A DNA stretch of 64,000 bases from Alphaproteobacteria bacterium (GCA_965205265.1 CBDBGH010000003.1:864001-928000), one strand, 5' to 3'. Shown: positions 1-10,703, counted from the first letter of the stretch. The notes: a model not told the origin generated them from the sequence alone. Program-made: numbers and translations.

Positions 1-54
1 GGTTCGTGTATAACCGCGCTCCCAGTGCAACTTGCAGGACGAAACGCATAGGCA

Positions 55-525
55 ATGGCTCTTTACGAGAATGTCTTTATCGCGCGTCAGGACATGTCGC
101 CCGCACAGGTCGAGACCCTGGCGGATGACTACGGGACCCTCATGGAATCGCTCGGCGGCAAGGTCGAGAAGCGCGAACATTGGGGCCTCAAGACCCTGGC
201 CTATCGAATCAAGAAGAACCGCAAGGGCCACTATGTCCTCTTCAATTTCGAGGCGTCCGGCGATGCGATTGCCGAGCTCGAACGGCGTATGCGGCTGTCG
301 GAAGACGTGCTGCGCTACCTGACCGTGCGGATCGAGGCCGTGGACGAACGGCCGTCGGTGATGCTGCAGGCGCGCCCGCGGGACGATCGCGGACGGCGCG
401 ATGCGCGCCCGCGCCGGGATGCCGCCGAGGCGCGGAATACGGCAGGGACGGCGGATGCCGCAGAGACGAAAGACGAAGGCGCCGCCCGCCCGGCCGCCGC
501 CGCCGTAACGGAGGCCGCTCAATGA
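55..525 (+). CDS. rpsF: 30S ribosomal protein S6
   Basis: [13 protein letters not shown]...[19 protein letters not shown]6 signature; first gene of the rpsF-rpsR-rplI cluster. Confidence 0.98.
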   Translation: MALYENVFIARQDMSPAQVETLADDYGTLMESLGGKVEKREHWGLKTLAYRIKKNRKGHYVLFNFEASGDAIAELERRMRLSEDVLRYLTVRIEAVDERPSVMLQARPRDDRGRRDARPRRDAAEARNTAGTADAAETKDEGAARPAAAAVTEAAQ

Positions 526-758
526 ATGCCGCCCCGCGCCGCCCGTTCTTCCGCCGCCGCAAGAGCTGTCCCTTCTCGGGGCCCAATGCGCCGGAGATCG
601 ACTACAAGGACGTGAAGCTCATGCAGCGCTTCCTGTCGGAACGCGGCAAGATCGTGCCGAGCCGGATCACCGCCGTTTCGGCGAAAAAGCAGCGCGAGCT
701 CGCGCAGGCGATCAAGCGCGCGCGCTACATGGCGCTGTTGCCCTACGTCGTAAAGTAG
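522..758 (+). CDS. rpsR: 30S ribosomal protein S18
   Basis: RRRKSCPFS...IDYKDV...[11 protein letters not shown]...AIKRAR; ATG overlaps the rpsF stop (ATGA). Confidence 0.98.
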   Translation: MNAAPRRPFFRRRKSCPFSGPNAPEIDYKDVKLMQRFLSERGKIVPSRITAVSAKKQRELAQAIKRARYMALLPYVVK

Positions 759-786
759 GCCCGGGACCGCTGCCCGCGCGGTTTGG

Positions 787-1728
787 ATGGGCAAGGATCT
801 CATCCTCCTGATTGTTGGCGGGCTCGCCGCCGGCGCGCTTTTCGGCTCCATCGTCACAGGTTCGCTGGGCGCGGCGCTGCTGGCCTATTTCGCCGCGGCG
901 CCGCTGTTCCTGGTCGGGCTTTCCCTCGGCTGGCTGCCGGCGGCGGCGGCGGCGCTCATCGGCGCCGTCACGGTTGCTGGAATCATCGGGTTTTTCACCG
1001 CAGGCTATTTCGCGCTCATTGTCGGGCTTCCGGTCGCGGTGCTCTGCCGGCAGGCCCTGCTGAACCGCGCCGACGGGCAGGGCGGCGTCGAATGGTATCC
1101 GCCCGGCCGGCTCGTGGCGGTGCTGACGGCCATGGCGGCCGCCGCGCTCGCGGCCATGTTCGCTGTCGCCGTGATGCAGGGTATCGATCCGCGCCTGGAG
1201 GTGCAGCAGACGGTCGAGGCGGTTCTGGACTCCGGCTTGCCGCCGGAGGTCGCCGAGCGCGCCAAAGAGCAGGGCCTGACGGAGCGCGCCGCGAACTTCC
1301 TGCCAGGCATCGCCGCCGCGCTGCTTTTCCTGACGCTCGCGCTGGACGGCGTGCTCGGCCAGGCCATCGCCGCCCGTCTCTCCATCGCGCGGCGGCCGTC
1401 GCCGCCATGGCGGAGCCTGACGCTTCCGGCATGGCCGCTATACGCGCTTGGCCTTTCCTGCCTCGCCGGGATTGCCGCCAGCGGAGCGCTGGAGTATATC
1501 GGCCGCAATCTGGCTATCGTCTTCGCCGTTCCGTTCCTGCTGCAGGGGCTCGCCGTCGTCCATGCCGTGGTGGCCCGGCTTCCGGGGCGGGCGGTCTGGC
1601 TGGTCGGTTTCTATCTGCTGGGGTTCCTGATGGCCTGGCCGTTCGTGCTGGTTGCGGCGCTGGGTCTTGCGGAGCCCTATGTCGGTTTGCGCACCCGTCT
1701 CGGGGGCGGTCCGAAGGAGAATGAGTAA
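787..1728 (+). CDS. DUF2232/YybS-like integral membrane protein
   Basis: Multi-TM protein with WYPPGRL and QGLAVVH motifs, in the usual position between rpsR and rplI. Confidence 0.85.
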   Translation: MGKDLILLIVGGLAAGALFGSIVTGSLGAALLAYFAAAPLFLVGLSLGWLPAAAAALIGAVTVAGIIGFFTAGYFALIVGLPVAVLCRQALLNRADGQGGVEWYPPGRLVAVLTAMAAAALAAMFAVAVMQGIDPRLEVQQTVEAVLDSGLPPEVAERAKEQGLTERAANFLPGIAAALLFLTLALDGVLGQAIAARLSIARRPSPPWRSLTLPAWPLYALGLSCLAGIAASGALEYIGRNLAIVFAVPFLLQGLAVVHAVVARLPGRAVWLVGFYLLGFLMAWPFVLVAALGLAEPYVGLRTRLGGGPKENE

Positions 1729-2354
1729 TGGAGCTGGTCCTTCTGGAACGGGTCGAGAGCCTGGGGCTGATGGGCGATATCGTCACGGTCAAGCCGGGCT
1801 ATGCGCGGAACTACCTGCTGCCGCAGAAGAAGGCGCTGCGCGCGACGCCGGAGAACATGGCCGTTTTCGAAGCGCGCCGCGCGGAGCTCGAGGCGCGCAA
1901 CCTGGAGCGCAAGGGCGAGGCCGAACGGGTCGCGGACAAGCTGGAAGGCTTCAGCGTCACGCTGATCCGCCGTGCCGGCGACACGGGCCATCTCTACGGA
2001 TCGGTCACGGTGCGTGACATTGCGGAGGCCGCAAGCGAAGCAGGCGTCGAGATCGACCGCCGGCAACTCCGCCTGCCGCAGCCGATCAAGTCGCTCGGCC
2101 TGCACGACATCACGGTACAGTTGCATCCCGAGGTCCAGGTGCCGATTACCGCCAATGTCGCCCGCACGCTCGATGAGGCGGAAGCGCAGGCGCGCGGCGA
2201 GGACGTGCTGGCGGTGGACGACGAGGACGCCTATCGTTTCGAGGGCGGGCTGTCGGAATTCTTCGATGACGATGGTCCTGACGGCGGTGCGGCCGAAGGC
2301 GGCGAAGCCGCGCCGGAGGAAGCGTCGGAAGAGGAGCCGGCCGAAGAGAACTAG
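1728..2354 (+). CDS. rplI: 50S ribosomal protein L9
   Basis: [23 protein letters not shown], acidic C-terminal tail. Confidence 0.98.
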   Translation: MELVLLERVESLGLMGDIVTVKPGYARNYLLPQKKALRATPENMAVFEARRAELEARNLERKGEAERVADKLEGFSVTLIRRAGDTGHLYGSVTVRDIAEAASEAGVEIDRRQLRLPQPIKSLGLHDITVQLHPEVQVPITANVARTLDEAEAQARGEDVLAVDDEDAYRFEGGLSEFFDDDGPDGGAAEGGEAAPEEASEEEPAEEN

Positions 2355-2405
2355 CCTTCCGCTTCCCGCCGGCGGCAGGCGTGGAGAAGGGAGAGAGCAG
2401 GACCG

Positions 2406-3608
2406 ATGCTGTTCGTGCCGTTGCTGCGCCGGCTCGTCCAATTCGGTCGGCTGACCGTAATCGACCCGCGCGGAAGCACGCATAGCATAGAGGGCGCGGG
2501 CGGGCCTTCCGCCACTGTCCGCCTGCACGATTCCTCGGTGGGCCGGGCGCTTGTCCGCAACCCGGCGCTTGCGGTGGGCGAAGCCTATATGGACGGGCGG
2601 CTGACCGTCGAGGACGGCACGCTGCTCGACTTCCTGACCATTCTGGTGGTGAACCGGCGCGAGGCGCATCTCGGCCGCTCGACGGGACCTGCGGCGCTTG
2701 CCCGGAACGCTTTGGGCCGCCTCCGCACGCACAACCCTGTGGGGGCGGCGCGGCGGAAGGTTTCGCACCATTACGATCTGAAGCCGGAGCTGTTCGACCT
2801 GTTCCTGGACAGCGACCGGCAATACAGCTGCGCCTATTTCGCGTCCGACAATGACGACATCGAGACGGCGCAGCGCCGGAAGAAGGCGCATCTGGCGGCG
2901 AAGCTTCTGCTGCGCCCGGGGGACCGGGTCCTGGACATCGGCTCGGGCTGGGGCGGTCTGGGTCTATATCTTGCGGAGCAGGCGGATGTGGATGTGACGG
3001 GCGTGACCTTGAGCCACGAGCAGCACGAACTTTCGAACGGGCGCGCGGCGGAGGCGGGGGTGTCGGAGCGTGTGCGTTTCAAGTTGCAGGACTACCGTGA
3101 GGAGACGGGCCGGTATGAGCGGATTGTTTCGGTTGGGATGCTTGAGCATGTGGGTCTGGGGCACTACCGGGAGTTTTTCGGGAAGGTACGGGAGCTGCTG
3201 ACGGATGACGGGGTTGCGGTGGTCCACACCATCGGGCGCTATGACACGCCCGGTCCGGTCAATCCGTGGATCCTGCGCTACATCTTTCCCGGCACTTATG
3301 TGCCGACGCTTTCGGAGCTGACGCCGGCGATAGAGGGGCAGCATTTGCTGGTGACGGACATAGAGGTGTTGAAGCGCCATTATGCGAAGACGCTGCGGGC
3401 GTGGCGGGACCGCTTCGTCTCGAATTGGGACCGGGCGCGGGAGATGTATGACGAACGCTTCTGCCGGATGTGGGAGTTCTACCTCACTGCCTGCGAGGCC
3501 GGGTTCCTGTCGAAGGAGCTCAACGTGTTTCAGATCCAGCTTGCGAAGGACCCGGATGCGGTGCCGGAGACGCGGGACTACATTCACGAATTCGAGGCCG
3601 CGCATTGA
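2406..3608 (+). CDS. cfa: Cyclopropane-fatty-acyl-phospholipid synthase family methyltransferase, copy 1
   Basis: HHYDL, YSCAYF, VLDIGSGWGG (SAM), GMLEHVG, YIFPG, RFCRMWEFYL. Confidence 0.92.
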   Translation: MLFVPLLRRLVQFGRLTVIDPRGSTHSIEGAGGPSATVRLHDSSVGRALVRNPALAVGEAYMDGRLTVEDGTLLDFLTILVVNRREAHLGRSTGPAALARNALGRLRTHNPVGAARRKVSHHYDLKPELFDLFLDSDRQYSCAYFASDNDDIETAQRRKKAHLAAKLLLRPGDRVLDIGSGWGGLGLYLAEQADVDVTGVTLSHEQHELSNGRAAEAGVSERVRFKLQDYREETGRYERIVSVGMLEHVGLGHYREFFGKVRELLTDDGVAVVHTIGRYDTPGPVNPWILRYIFPGTYVPTLSELTPAIEGQHLLVTDIEVLKRHYAKTLRAWRDRFVSNWDRAREMYDERFCRMWEFYLTACEAGFLSKELNVFQIQLAKDPDAVPETRDYIHEFEAAH

Positions 3609-3662
3609 CCGGCGTCATGCGGATGTGACGCGGTTGGATGGAAGGCGGGGAGAGCACGGCCC

Positions 3663-4865
3663 ATGCTGTATCTGCCGTTTCTGCGCCGGTTCGTCGAAGT
3701 CGGAACGCTGACGGTCATCGACCCGAAGGGAACGGCGCACAGGCTGGAGGGCGCGGACGGCCCGTCGGCAACGGTCCGCCTGCATGACGCCTCTGTGTCG
3801 CGCGCCATGTTCCGCAATCCCGCGCTTGCGGTGGGCGAGGCCTATATGGACGGGCGGCTGACCGTCGAGGACGGCACGCTGCTCGACTTCCTCGCCATCG
3901 CCCTCGTCAACATGCGCCGCGCACGGCTCAGAAACGATTCCGGCCTGTCCGCCCTCGCCCGGACGCTTGCAAGCCGTTTTCGCACGCACAATCCGGTAGG
4001 GGCGGCGCGGCGGAAGGTTTCGCACCATTACGACCTGAAGCCGGAGCTGTTCGATCTGTTCCTGGACAGCGACCGGCAATACAGCTGCGCCTATTTCGCG
4101 TCCGACAATGACGACATCGAGACGGCGCAGCGCCGGAAGAAGGCGCATCTGGCGGCGAAGCTTCTGCTGCGCCCGGGGGACCGGGTCCTGGACATCGGGT
4201 CGGGCTGGGGCGGTCTGGGGCTTTACCTTGCGGAGCAGGCTGACGTGGATGTGACAGGCGTGACCTTGAGCCACGAGCAGCACGAGCTTTCGAACGCGCG
4301 CGCAGCGGAGGCGGGGTTGTCGGGTCGGGTGCGTTTCAAGCTCCAGGACTACCGCGAGGAGGCGGGCCGCTATGAGCGGATCGTTTCGGTGGGGATGCTT
4401 GAGCATGTGGGCCTGGGCCACTACCGGGAGTTTTTCGGGAAGGTGCGTGAGTTGCTGACGGATGACGGGGTTGCGGTGATTCACACCATCGGGCGCTACG
4501 ACACGCCCGGTCCGGTCAATCCGTGGATTACCCGCTATATCTTTCCGGGGGGCTATCTGCCGACGCTTTCGGAGCTGACGCCGGCGATAGAGGGGGAGCA
4601 TTTGCTGGTTACGGACATAGAGGTTCTGAAGCGCCATTATGCGAAGACGCTGCGGGCATGGCGGGACCGCTTCGTCTCGAATTGGGACCGGGCGCGGGCG
4701 ATGTATGACGAACGGTTCTGCCGGATGTGGGAGTTCTACCTCGCCTCCTGCGAGGCCGGGTTCCTCAACAACATCGTGACCGTGTTCCAGATCCAGCTTG
4801 CGAAGGACCCGGACGCGGTGCCGGAGACGCGGGACTACATTCACGAATTCGAAGGCGCGCATTGA
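3663..4865 (+). CDS. cfa: Cyclopropane-fatty-acyl-phospholipid synthase family methyltransferase, copy 2
   Basis: Same motifs and length (400 aa); tandem paralogue offset by 1257 bp. Confidence 0.92.
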   Translation: MLYLPFLRRFVEVGTLTVIDPKGTAHRLEGADGPSATVRLHDASVSRAMFRNPALAVGEAYMDGRLTVEDGTLLDFLAIALVNMRRARLRNDSGLSALARTLASRFRTHNPVGAARRKVSHHYDLKPELFDLFLDSDRQYSCAYFASDNDDIETAQRRKKAHLAAKLLLRPGDRVLDIGSGWGGLGLYLAEQADVDVTGVTLSHEQHELSNARAAEAGLSGRVRFKLQDYREEAGRYERIVSVGMLEHVGLGHYREFFGKVRELLTDDGVAVIHTIGRYDTPGPVNPWITRYIFPGGYLPTLSELTPAIEGEHLLVTDIEVLKRHYAKTLRAWRDRFVSNWDRARAMYDERFCRMWEFYLASCEAGFLNNIVTVFQIQLAKDPDAVPETRDYIHEFEGAH

Positions 4866-5308
4866 TGAATGCGGGATCGGAAGCGCGCGCGGCAGACGCG
4901 CTGGCCCGACGCGTTGCCGACGCCATGTACGAGCATGACGATGCGTCGCAGGGTCTCGGCATCAGGCTGGAGGCGGTGGGCGCCGGCTGGGCGCGCATGT
5001 CGATGCCGGTGACCGAGGAGATGCTGAACGGCCACCGCGTCTGTCATGGCGGCTTTATTTTCTCGCTCGCCGATTCCGCCATGGCCTTTGCGAGCAACAG
5101 CGGCAACCGGGTGTCGGTCGCGCAATTCTGCTCGATTACCTTCCTGCGTCCGGGCCGGGCCGGCCGCCTCCTGCTGGCCGAGGCGCGGGAACAGGCGGAT
5201 GCAGGACGCACCGGCATGTATGCGGTCGAGGTGCGCGAGAAGGACGGCGAGGTCGTGGCCGTGTTCTCCGGGGCCGTCCGCCGGCTCGGCGACCGGACTA
5301 TCGTCTGA
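4865..5308 (+). CDS. paaI: PaaI-family hotdog acyl-CoA thioesterase
   Basis: MLNGHRVCHGGFIFSLADSAMAFASN; ATG overlaps the cfa stop (TGATG). Confidence 0.88.
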   Translation: MNAGSEARAADALARRVADAMYEHDDASQGLGIRLEAVGAGWARMSMPVTEEMLNGHRVCHGGFIFSLADSAMAFASNSGNRVSVAQFCSITFLRPGRAGRLLLAEAREQADAGRTGMYAVEVREKDGEVVAVFSGAVRRLGDRTIV

Positions 5309-5329
5309 AAGCGGCGGGAGCCTGGCCCC

Positions 5330-6457
5330 TCAGCCGCTGCCGAGCGCGGGGCCTGCCCCGGGCTTGCGCCGTTCCTCGCCCTTCAGGAAGAGCGGCACGG
5401 CGAGCGCCAGCGAAGCGCCCGCCTCCGGGTCGTCGCAGGGGATGAGCGCGCCGCTTTCCCGCATCTGCTCGTCGTCCGGAATGTCCGCGAGCGTGCCGAT
5501 CTCGCCGAAGCTGACGGCATGGCGGATGAGGATTTCGCGCCATTCCGGCCAGTCGCGGCCGCCAAAGACGGCGTCGAGATCGGCGATGAGCGCGCGGCGG
5601 TTGGCCACCCGCGCCGGCCGATCCCGGTAGCGCGGGTCGTCCAGCCATTCGGGCTTCTCCAGCGCCGCAACCAGCTTCGGCCAGTTGCGGTCCTCCGGCA
5701 GCAGCACGAGATGGAACCAGCGGCCGTCGCGGCAGCGGTAGAGGTTGTGGAGCGCGTTGGCGGCGTCTTCGCGGGCCGGGCGCCGCTTGTGCTCGGCGCC
5801 GCAGAGCATGGCGCTGGTCTGGAAGGCGTTCCACCAGAGGCCGTTCGCCATGAGGTTGGTGGAGACGGCCCCGCCCCTGCCCGTGCGCTCGCGGCGGTAG
5901 AGCGCCATCATCACGGCGGCGAACAGCGTCATCGCGGTCGGATGGTCGCCCATGCCGGGGAGCGAGCGGGCCGGCGGCGAGTCGGGCGCCGGGCGTACCA
6001 TGTCCATCAGGCCGCTGCGGGCCCAGAGCGCGGTCGAGTCGAAGCCGGTGCGCGCGGCTTCGGGGCCGGTCTCTCCATAGGCGGTGACGGACGCGTAGAT
6101 CAGCCGCTCGTTCAGCGGCATGAGGTCTTCGCCGCGGATGCCGAGCCGCGCGCGCGTGCCGAGCGGCGCGTTGGTGATGAAGACATCGGCGTCGCGCACC
6201 ATCGCGTAAAGCCGCCCGCGGTCCGCTTCCTGCTTCAGGTCCAGCACGATGCTCCGCTTGTGCCGGTTATCCATGTTGAAGGGGTAGTTGAAGGCGGTCG
6301 ATGGATTGCCGGGCGCGCCGACGGACTGGCGGAACGGGTCGCCGTCGGGCGGCTCGATCTTCACCACGTCCGCGCCGAACTCGCCCAGAATCATGGCCGC
6401 CGCCGGGCCGGCGATGAAGGTGGCCGCTTCGATAACCCTTATCCCGTCGAGCAGCAC
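5330..6457 (-). CDS. CaiB/BaiF family III CoA-transferase
   Basis: LDGIRVIE...AGP.A..ILGEFGADVVKIEPP.GD, NRHKRSIVLDLK; GTG start after GAGGAG. Confidence 0.92.
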   Translation of the reverse strand: MLLDGIRVIEAATFIAGPAAAMILGEFGADVVKIEPPDGDPFRQSVGAPGNPSTAFNYPFNMDNRHKRSIVLDLKQEADRGRLYAMVRDADVFITNAPLGTRARLGIRGEDLMPLNERLIYASVTAYGETGPEAARTGFDSTALWARSGLMDMVRPAPDSPPARSLPGMGDHPTAMTLFAAVMMALYRRERTGRGGAVSTNLMANGLWWNAFQTSAMLCGAEHKRRPAREDAANALHNLYRCRDGRWFHLVLLPEDRNWPKLVAALEKPEWLDDPRYRDRPARVANRRALIADLDAVFGGRDWPEWREILIRHAVSFGEIGTLADIPDDEQMRESGALIPCDDPEAGASLALAVPLFLKGEERRKPGAGPALGSG

Positions 6458-6548
6458 GGACTCACTCCTCCGCCAGACACTGCCGACGCCGCCCCGAAGG
6501 ACGGCGCCGGCGTTTCGGCGATTGCCGGGTAATGGAAAGTCCAAGACG

Positions 6549-7919
6549 TTACTTGAATAGCACCGATGGCAGCCACAGCGCGACTTCGGGGATGAAGAAC
6601 ACGATGGCGAGCCCGACGCATTGCAGCATCATGAAGTCGAACATGCCGCCATAGATCTTCAACAGGTCCCATTGAGGCGCCACCGACTTCAGGTAGTACG
6701 CGGCCATGGCTACCGGCGGAGACAGGAATGCTGTCTGCAAATTCACCGCCAGCAATGTCCCGAACCAAACGAGGTGGGGGACCCTCATCTTGTCGGCCCA
6801 GGACTCGTCGATGCCGAGCGCTGGAAGGTCGGAGCCGAGCGATATGATGACCGGCAGGAAGATCGGCACGAAGATGAACACGATCGCCGGCCATTCGAGC
6901 GGCCATCCGAGCAGGAACAGCACCACCATCAGCAGGGCCAGCATCGCCAGCGGCGGCATCGGGATTTCGAGCAGCCAGTTGGCGAGCATGGTGCCCGTGC
7001 CGAGCCGGGTGAAGACCGAGCCGTAAACATTCGATGCGACGGCGAGGAACAGCACCAGGCTGGAAGTTTCCAGCGTGTTGAGCGCGGCCTCCTTCAGCAT
7101 CGTCCAGTTCAGCCGGCGGTAGCCGAGCGCCAGCGCCAGCGAGCCGACGGCCGCCATGGCCGCCGCTTCCGTCGGCGTGGCGAGGCCGGCGATAATGCTG
7201 CCGAGCGCGGCGAAGATGATGACCGCCATCGGCACCACGCCGGAGATGAACTCGCGGAAGATCGCCCAGCCCGAGGTCAGCCGCTGTTCCGGCGGAATGG
7301 GCGGTCCCAGTTCCGGATTGATGAGGCAGCGGACGATCGTGTAGGCGATGTAGAGGCCCGACAGGATGATGCCGGGGATGATCGCCGCGGAGAACAAGTG
7401 GATGACCGACACGCCGAGCACCGGGCCCAGCACGACCAGCAGGACGCTCGGCGGGATCAGGATGCCGAGGCAGCCGCCCGCGGTGATGACGCCTGCGGAG
7501 AGGCGCTGGTCATAGCCGCTCCGGGTCATGGCCGGCGCAGCGAGCAGGCCCATGACCGTGACCGAGGCGCCGATGATGCCCGTGGCGGTGGCGAAGATCG
7601 TGGCCGTGAACAACACGCCCAGATAGAGCGAGCCCCGCAATCCTCCCATGATCGACTGGAAGGAGGTGAATAATCGCTCCATCAGGCCGGCGCGTTCCAG
7701 CACATGGCCCATGAAGATGAACAGCGGGACGGCGGCGAGTACCTCCTCCTTCATCATGCCGATGGTCTGAAAGACCATCTGGTAGAAGACCGTCTCGCCG
7801 AACCCGATCCAGCCGAAGACGATGCCGAGGATGATGAGTGTGAAGGCGATCGGGAAGCCGACGAAGATACCTGTCAGCAGGGCGACCAGCAGGACAAGTC
7901 CGAGAATCTCGCCGCTCAC
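6549..7919 (-). CDS. TRAP transporter large permease (DctM)
   Basis: LAAVPLFIFMG, GILIPPS, ATPTEAAA, FLSPP; GTG overlaps the dctQ stop. Confidence 0.93.
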   Translation of the reverse strand: MSGEILGLVLLVALLTGIFVGFPIAFTLIILGIVFGWIGFGETVFYQMVFQTIGMMKEEVLAAVPLFIFMGHVLERAGLMERLFTSFQSIMGGLRGSLYLGVLFTATIFATATGIIGASVTVMGLLAAPAMTRSGYDQRLSAGVITAGGCLGILIPPSVLLVVLGPVLGVSVIHLFSAAIIPGIILSGLYIAYTIVRCLINPELGPPIPPEQRLTSGWAIFREFISGVVPMAVIIFAALGSIIAGLATPTEAAAMAAVGSLALALGYRRLNWTMLKEAALNTLETSSLVLFLAVASNVYGSVFTRLGTGTMLANWLLEIPMPPLAMLALLMVVLFLLGWPLEWPAIVFIFVPIFLPVIISLGSDLPALGIDESWADKMRVPHLVWFGTLLAVNLQTAFLSPPVAMAAYYLKSVAPQWDLLKIYGGMFDFMMLQCVGLAIVFFIPEVALWLPSVLFK

Positions 7920-8503
7920 AGCATTTCCGCCGGTGTATCGGTTTTCGGAAACAGTTCCTTGCCCGTGCGCGCGGCCCAGAAGGCCTTGAGGAACTCGGAG
8001 GTGCCCTGGATGAGGAGCAGGGCGGCGGTGATCGGGACGACCGCCTTGAACGGCCACATGATCGGCTGGAAGGGCGTGAGGTCGGAGCGTTCGCCGATGT
8101 CCCAGGCGTGGTAGGCCTCGTTCCAGCCCCGGGTCGGGAAGAAGAACATGCCGGGGAAGAACAGCAGCAGGTAGAGCGCGGCATCGACCCGGCCCTTCGT
8201 GCGGTCGGACCACTTGCCGTAGAAGATGTCGGTGCGGATATGCCCGCCGCGAAGCAGGCAGTAGGCGGCGCCGAGCATGAAATGCGAGCCGTAGAGCATG
8301 TAGGTGATGTCGTAGGCCCAGATGGTCGGCGCATGGAACAGGTAGCGGGAGAGCACCTCGTAGGTCAGCCCGCCCACCATCGGAATGATGAGCCAACAGA
8401 ACAGGACGCCCGAACCCCGGCCGACATAGCGGTCGATGCCCTTGACGGTGCCCACCAGCCAGACAGGCGGGTCTTCCTCGCGCGAAGGATCGTCGGTTGT
8501 CAT
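7916..8503 (-). CDS. TRAP transporter small permease (DctQ)
   Basis: YEVLSRYLF.APTIWAYD, GGHIRTD, four TM segments. Confidence 0.92.
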   Translation of the reverse strand: MTTDDPSREEDPPVWLVGTVKGIDRYVGRGSGVLFCWLIIPMVGGLTYEVLSRYLFHAPTIWAYDITYMLYGSHFMLGAAYCLLRGGHIRTDIFYGKWSDRTKGRVDAALYLLLFFPGMFFFPTRGWNEAYHAWDIGERSDLTPFQPIMWPFKAVVPITAALLLIQGTSEFLKAFWAARTGKELFPKTDTPAEML

Positions 8504-8537
8504 GGGGTCCTGGTTCCGGAGATGCGGGTAAAGGGAA

Positions 8538-8567
8538 GCAGGCGGCGCCCGTTACAGCGCCGCCTGC
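8538..8567 (-). terminator. Intergenic stem-loop between dctP and dctQ (terminator or mRNA stabiliser)
   Basis: GCAGGCGGCGC-8nt-GCGCCGCCTGC, followed by TTCCCTTT on the minus strand. Confidence 0.6.
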
Positions 8568-8585
8568 CGTCGGGACAGCGACCGG

Positions 8586-9683
8586 TCAGTCGATCTTGTC
8601 CTTCCAGAAGTAGTCGCTCAGATACTCATAGGGCGGGTGCGAGAACCGGCGGTACGGCACGATCTTCTCGGCGTAGGCGCGCTGCGAATCGCGCACCTTC
8701 TTGTACCACTCGTCTTCCTCTTCCCACTGCACGGTGAGTTCGTCGTAAGCCGCCATGAAGGAGTCCAGAATCGCCTGCGGCGTCCGGATCTTCTTCACGC
8801 CATGCTTCGTGACCATCTCTTCGTAGGCGTCGGCATTGTGAATATGCCACTTGGTCTTCCAGACCCAGAAAGTCTGGACCGCGGCCGCCTCGACGATCGC
8901 CTGGAGGTCGGCGGGCAGGGAGTCCCAGCGGTCCTTGTTGATGAGCAGGTCGCCCACCGTGACCTGCTCATGGACGCCCGGCGCCATGGTGTATTTCCAG
9001 ACGGTGTGGAAGCCGAACTCGAGGTCCGCGATGCCGCCGACCCACTCGGCTGCGTCGATGACGCCGCGCTCCGCCGCTGGCAGGATTTCCGCGCCCGGAA
9101 GCTGCACGGCGCTCACGCCCGCGGCGTTGAACACGAGGTTGCCGAGGCCGTAGATGCGCAGCTTGAGGCCCTTGAAGTCCTCCCAGCTCTTGATCTCCTC
9201 CTTGTACCAGCCGAGCGCCTGCGGACCGGACGGCTGGACCGGGAAGGAAACGACATTCGCCTTCAGCTTTTCCTGGTACCACTGGTCGGTGAGCTCGCGC
9301 CCGCCGCCGTGATAGAGCCAGCCGAAGAAGTCGATATAGTCCATGCCGAACAGCGGCCCGTGCGAGAGCGGAATCGCCGCCTTGCTGCGGCCCACCCATT
9401 AGCCCATCGCGGTGTGGGCGCCGTCGATCACCTCGCGGGAGGTGGCGTCGAGCACCTCGAAGGCGGGCACGATGGCGCCGCCGGGAAGCGGCTCGATCTT
9501 GAGGCGGCCGGCGGACATCTTGTCCACCGCATCGACGAACATCACGAAGTTTTCCCACTGGGTCCCCGGTCCGCCCGGAGGCCAGCTGGCCTGCATTTTC
9601 CACTCGAAGTCCGCAGCCTGGACGGTGGTCGCGGCGCCTGCGAGGAAGGCGAGCGCGGCGACCGGACGCAACACAGGTTTCAT
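8586..9683 (-). pseudogene. TRAP solute-binding protein (DctP/TakP-like) interrupted by an in-frame TAA
   Basis: ORFs 9399-9737 and 8586-9395 share one frame: ...DGAHTAMG*WVGRS...; TAA at 9399-9401; signal peptide, WKMQASW, MSAGRLKIE, ERGVIDAAEW. Confidence 0.85.
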
Positions 9684-9805
9684 TCCGGATCCTCCCGTAT
9701 TGGCCGAGGCATGGCGGCTCAATTTGCCGCATGCCAAGGTGTTGACGAATGGAAAGTGGATAGTATCGCCGGGGACGAGTCAAGCAATCGGGGAGGAATG
9801 GCGTC

Positions 9806-10699
9806 GTGGCGCGGGCGGAAGCGAACGGGATCGAAATTGAATATGAGTTGCGGGGACCGGCCGACGGAGAGCCGATCCTGATGATCGGCGGGCTGGGGAT
9901 GCAGCTCATCTCCTGGCCCGACGCGCTGATCGACGGGCTCGGCGAGGCCGGCTTCCGGCCGATCCTGTTCGACAACCGCGATTGCGGGCTTTCCACCCGT
10001 TTCGAGGAGGCCGGGCTTGCGAATATCGGGCGCGCCTTCAAGCAGGCGCGGGCAGGCGAGCCGGTCGATGCGCCTTACACAATCGAGGACATGGCCGACG
10101 ACGGGGCCGGCCTGCTGGATGCGCTAGGCATCGGGGCTGCGCACATCTACGGCAGCTCCAATGGCGGGGCGATTGCGCAGCTCGTGGCGATCCGCCATCC
10201 GGCGAAGACGAAATCGCTCGCCTCCGTCATGGCGACCTCCGGCCGGCGCGGCCTGCCGCGGCCGAGCAAAGCCGCCTCCGACTGGCTCAATACGCCCCGC
10301 CCGGCGGATATCGACCGGGAGACCTTCATGGAGCTTGCCTGGGAGCAGAACCGGATCATGGGCTCGCCGGGCTTTCCGCGCGACGAGGCGGGCGTGCGCG
10401 CCCGGGCCGGCGCACTCTACGACCGCGCCTACTATCCCCCCGGCCACGGCCGGCACCTGCTGGCGAGCATCGCTTCGGGCGACAGCCGCTGCGCCGCGCT
10501 CGGCGGCATTGCGGCGCCCACCGTCGTCATCCACGGCGCCGAGGACCCGCTGGTGCCGGTCGGACAGGGCGAGGACGTGAAGAACTCGATCCCCGGCGCG
10601 CGCATGGTCGCGATCGAAGGCATGGGCCATGACGTGCCGGACGGCGCCGCGCCGCAAGTCGTCCGGGCGGTAGCCGAAAACGCCCGCCGCGCGGGCTGA
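9806..10699 (+). CDS. Alpha/beta fold hydrolase
   Basis: FDNRDCGLS, GSSNGG nucleophile elbow, HGAEDPLV, GMGHD. Confidence 0.9.
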   Translation: MARAEANGIEIEYELRGPADGEPILMIGGLGMQLISWPDALIDGLGEAGFRPILFDNRDCGLSTRFEEAGLANIGRAFKQARAGEPVDAPYTIEDMADDGAGLLDALGIGAAHIYGSSNGGAIAQLVAIRHPAKTKSLASVMATSGRRGLPRPSKAASDWLNTPRPADIDRETFMELAWEQNRIMGSPGFPRDEAGVRARAGALYDRAYYPPGHGRHLLASIASGDSRCAALGGIAAPTVVIHGAEDPLVPVGQGEDVKNSIPGARMVAIEGMGHDVPDGAAPQVVRAVAENARRAG

Positions 10700-10703
10700 C
10701 CGC

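Noticed and set aside
1-54. S6:S18 leader RNA and rpsF promoter (TATAAC at 9-14)
   Set aside because: Plausible, but truncated by the window edge and I cannot confirm the structure.
2406-4865. cfa duplicates as a DGR template/variable repeat pair
   Set aside because: Both are full genes, differences are not adenine-specific, and no reverse transcriptase is in the window.
9399-9401. Recoded stop (Sec/Pyl) in the TRAP SBP
   Set aside because: The codon is TAA at a Tyr position; TAA ends other genes here (e.g. DUF2232, dctM), so there is no sign of reassignment.
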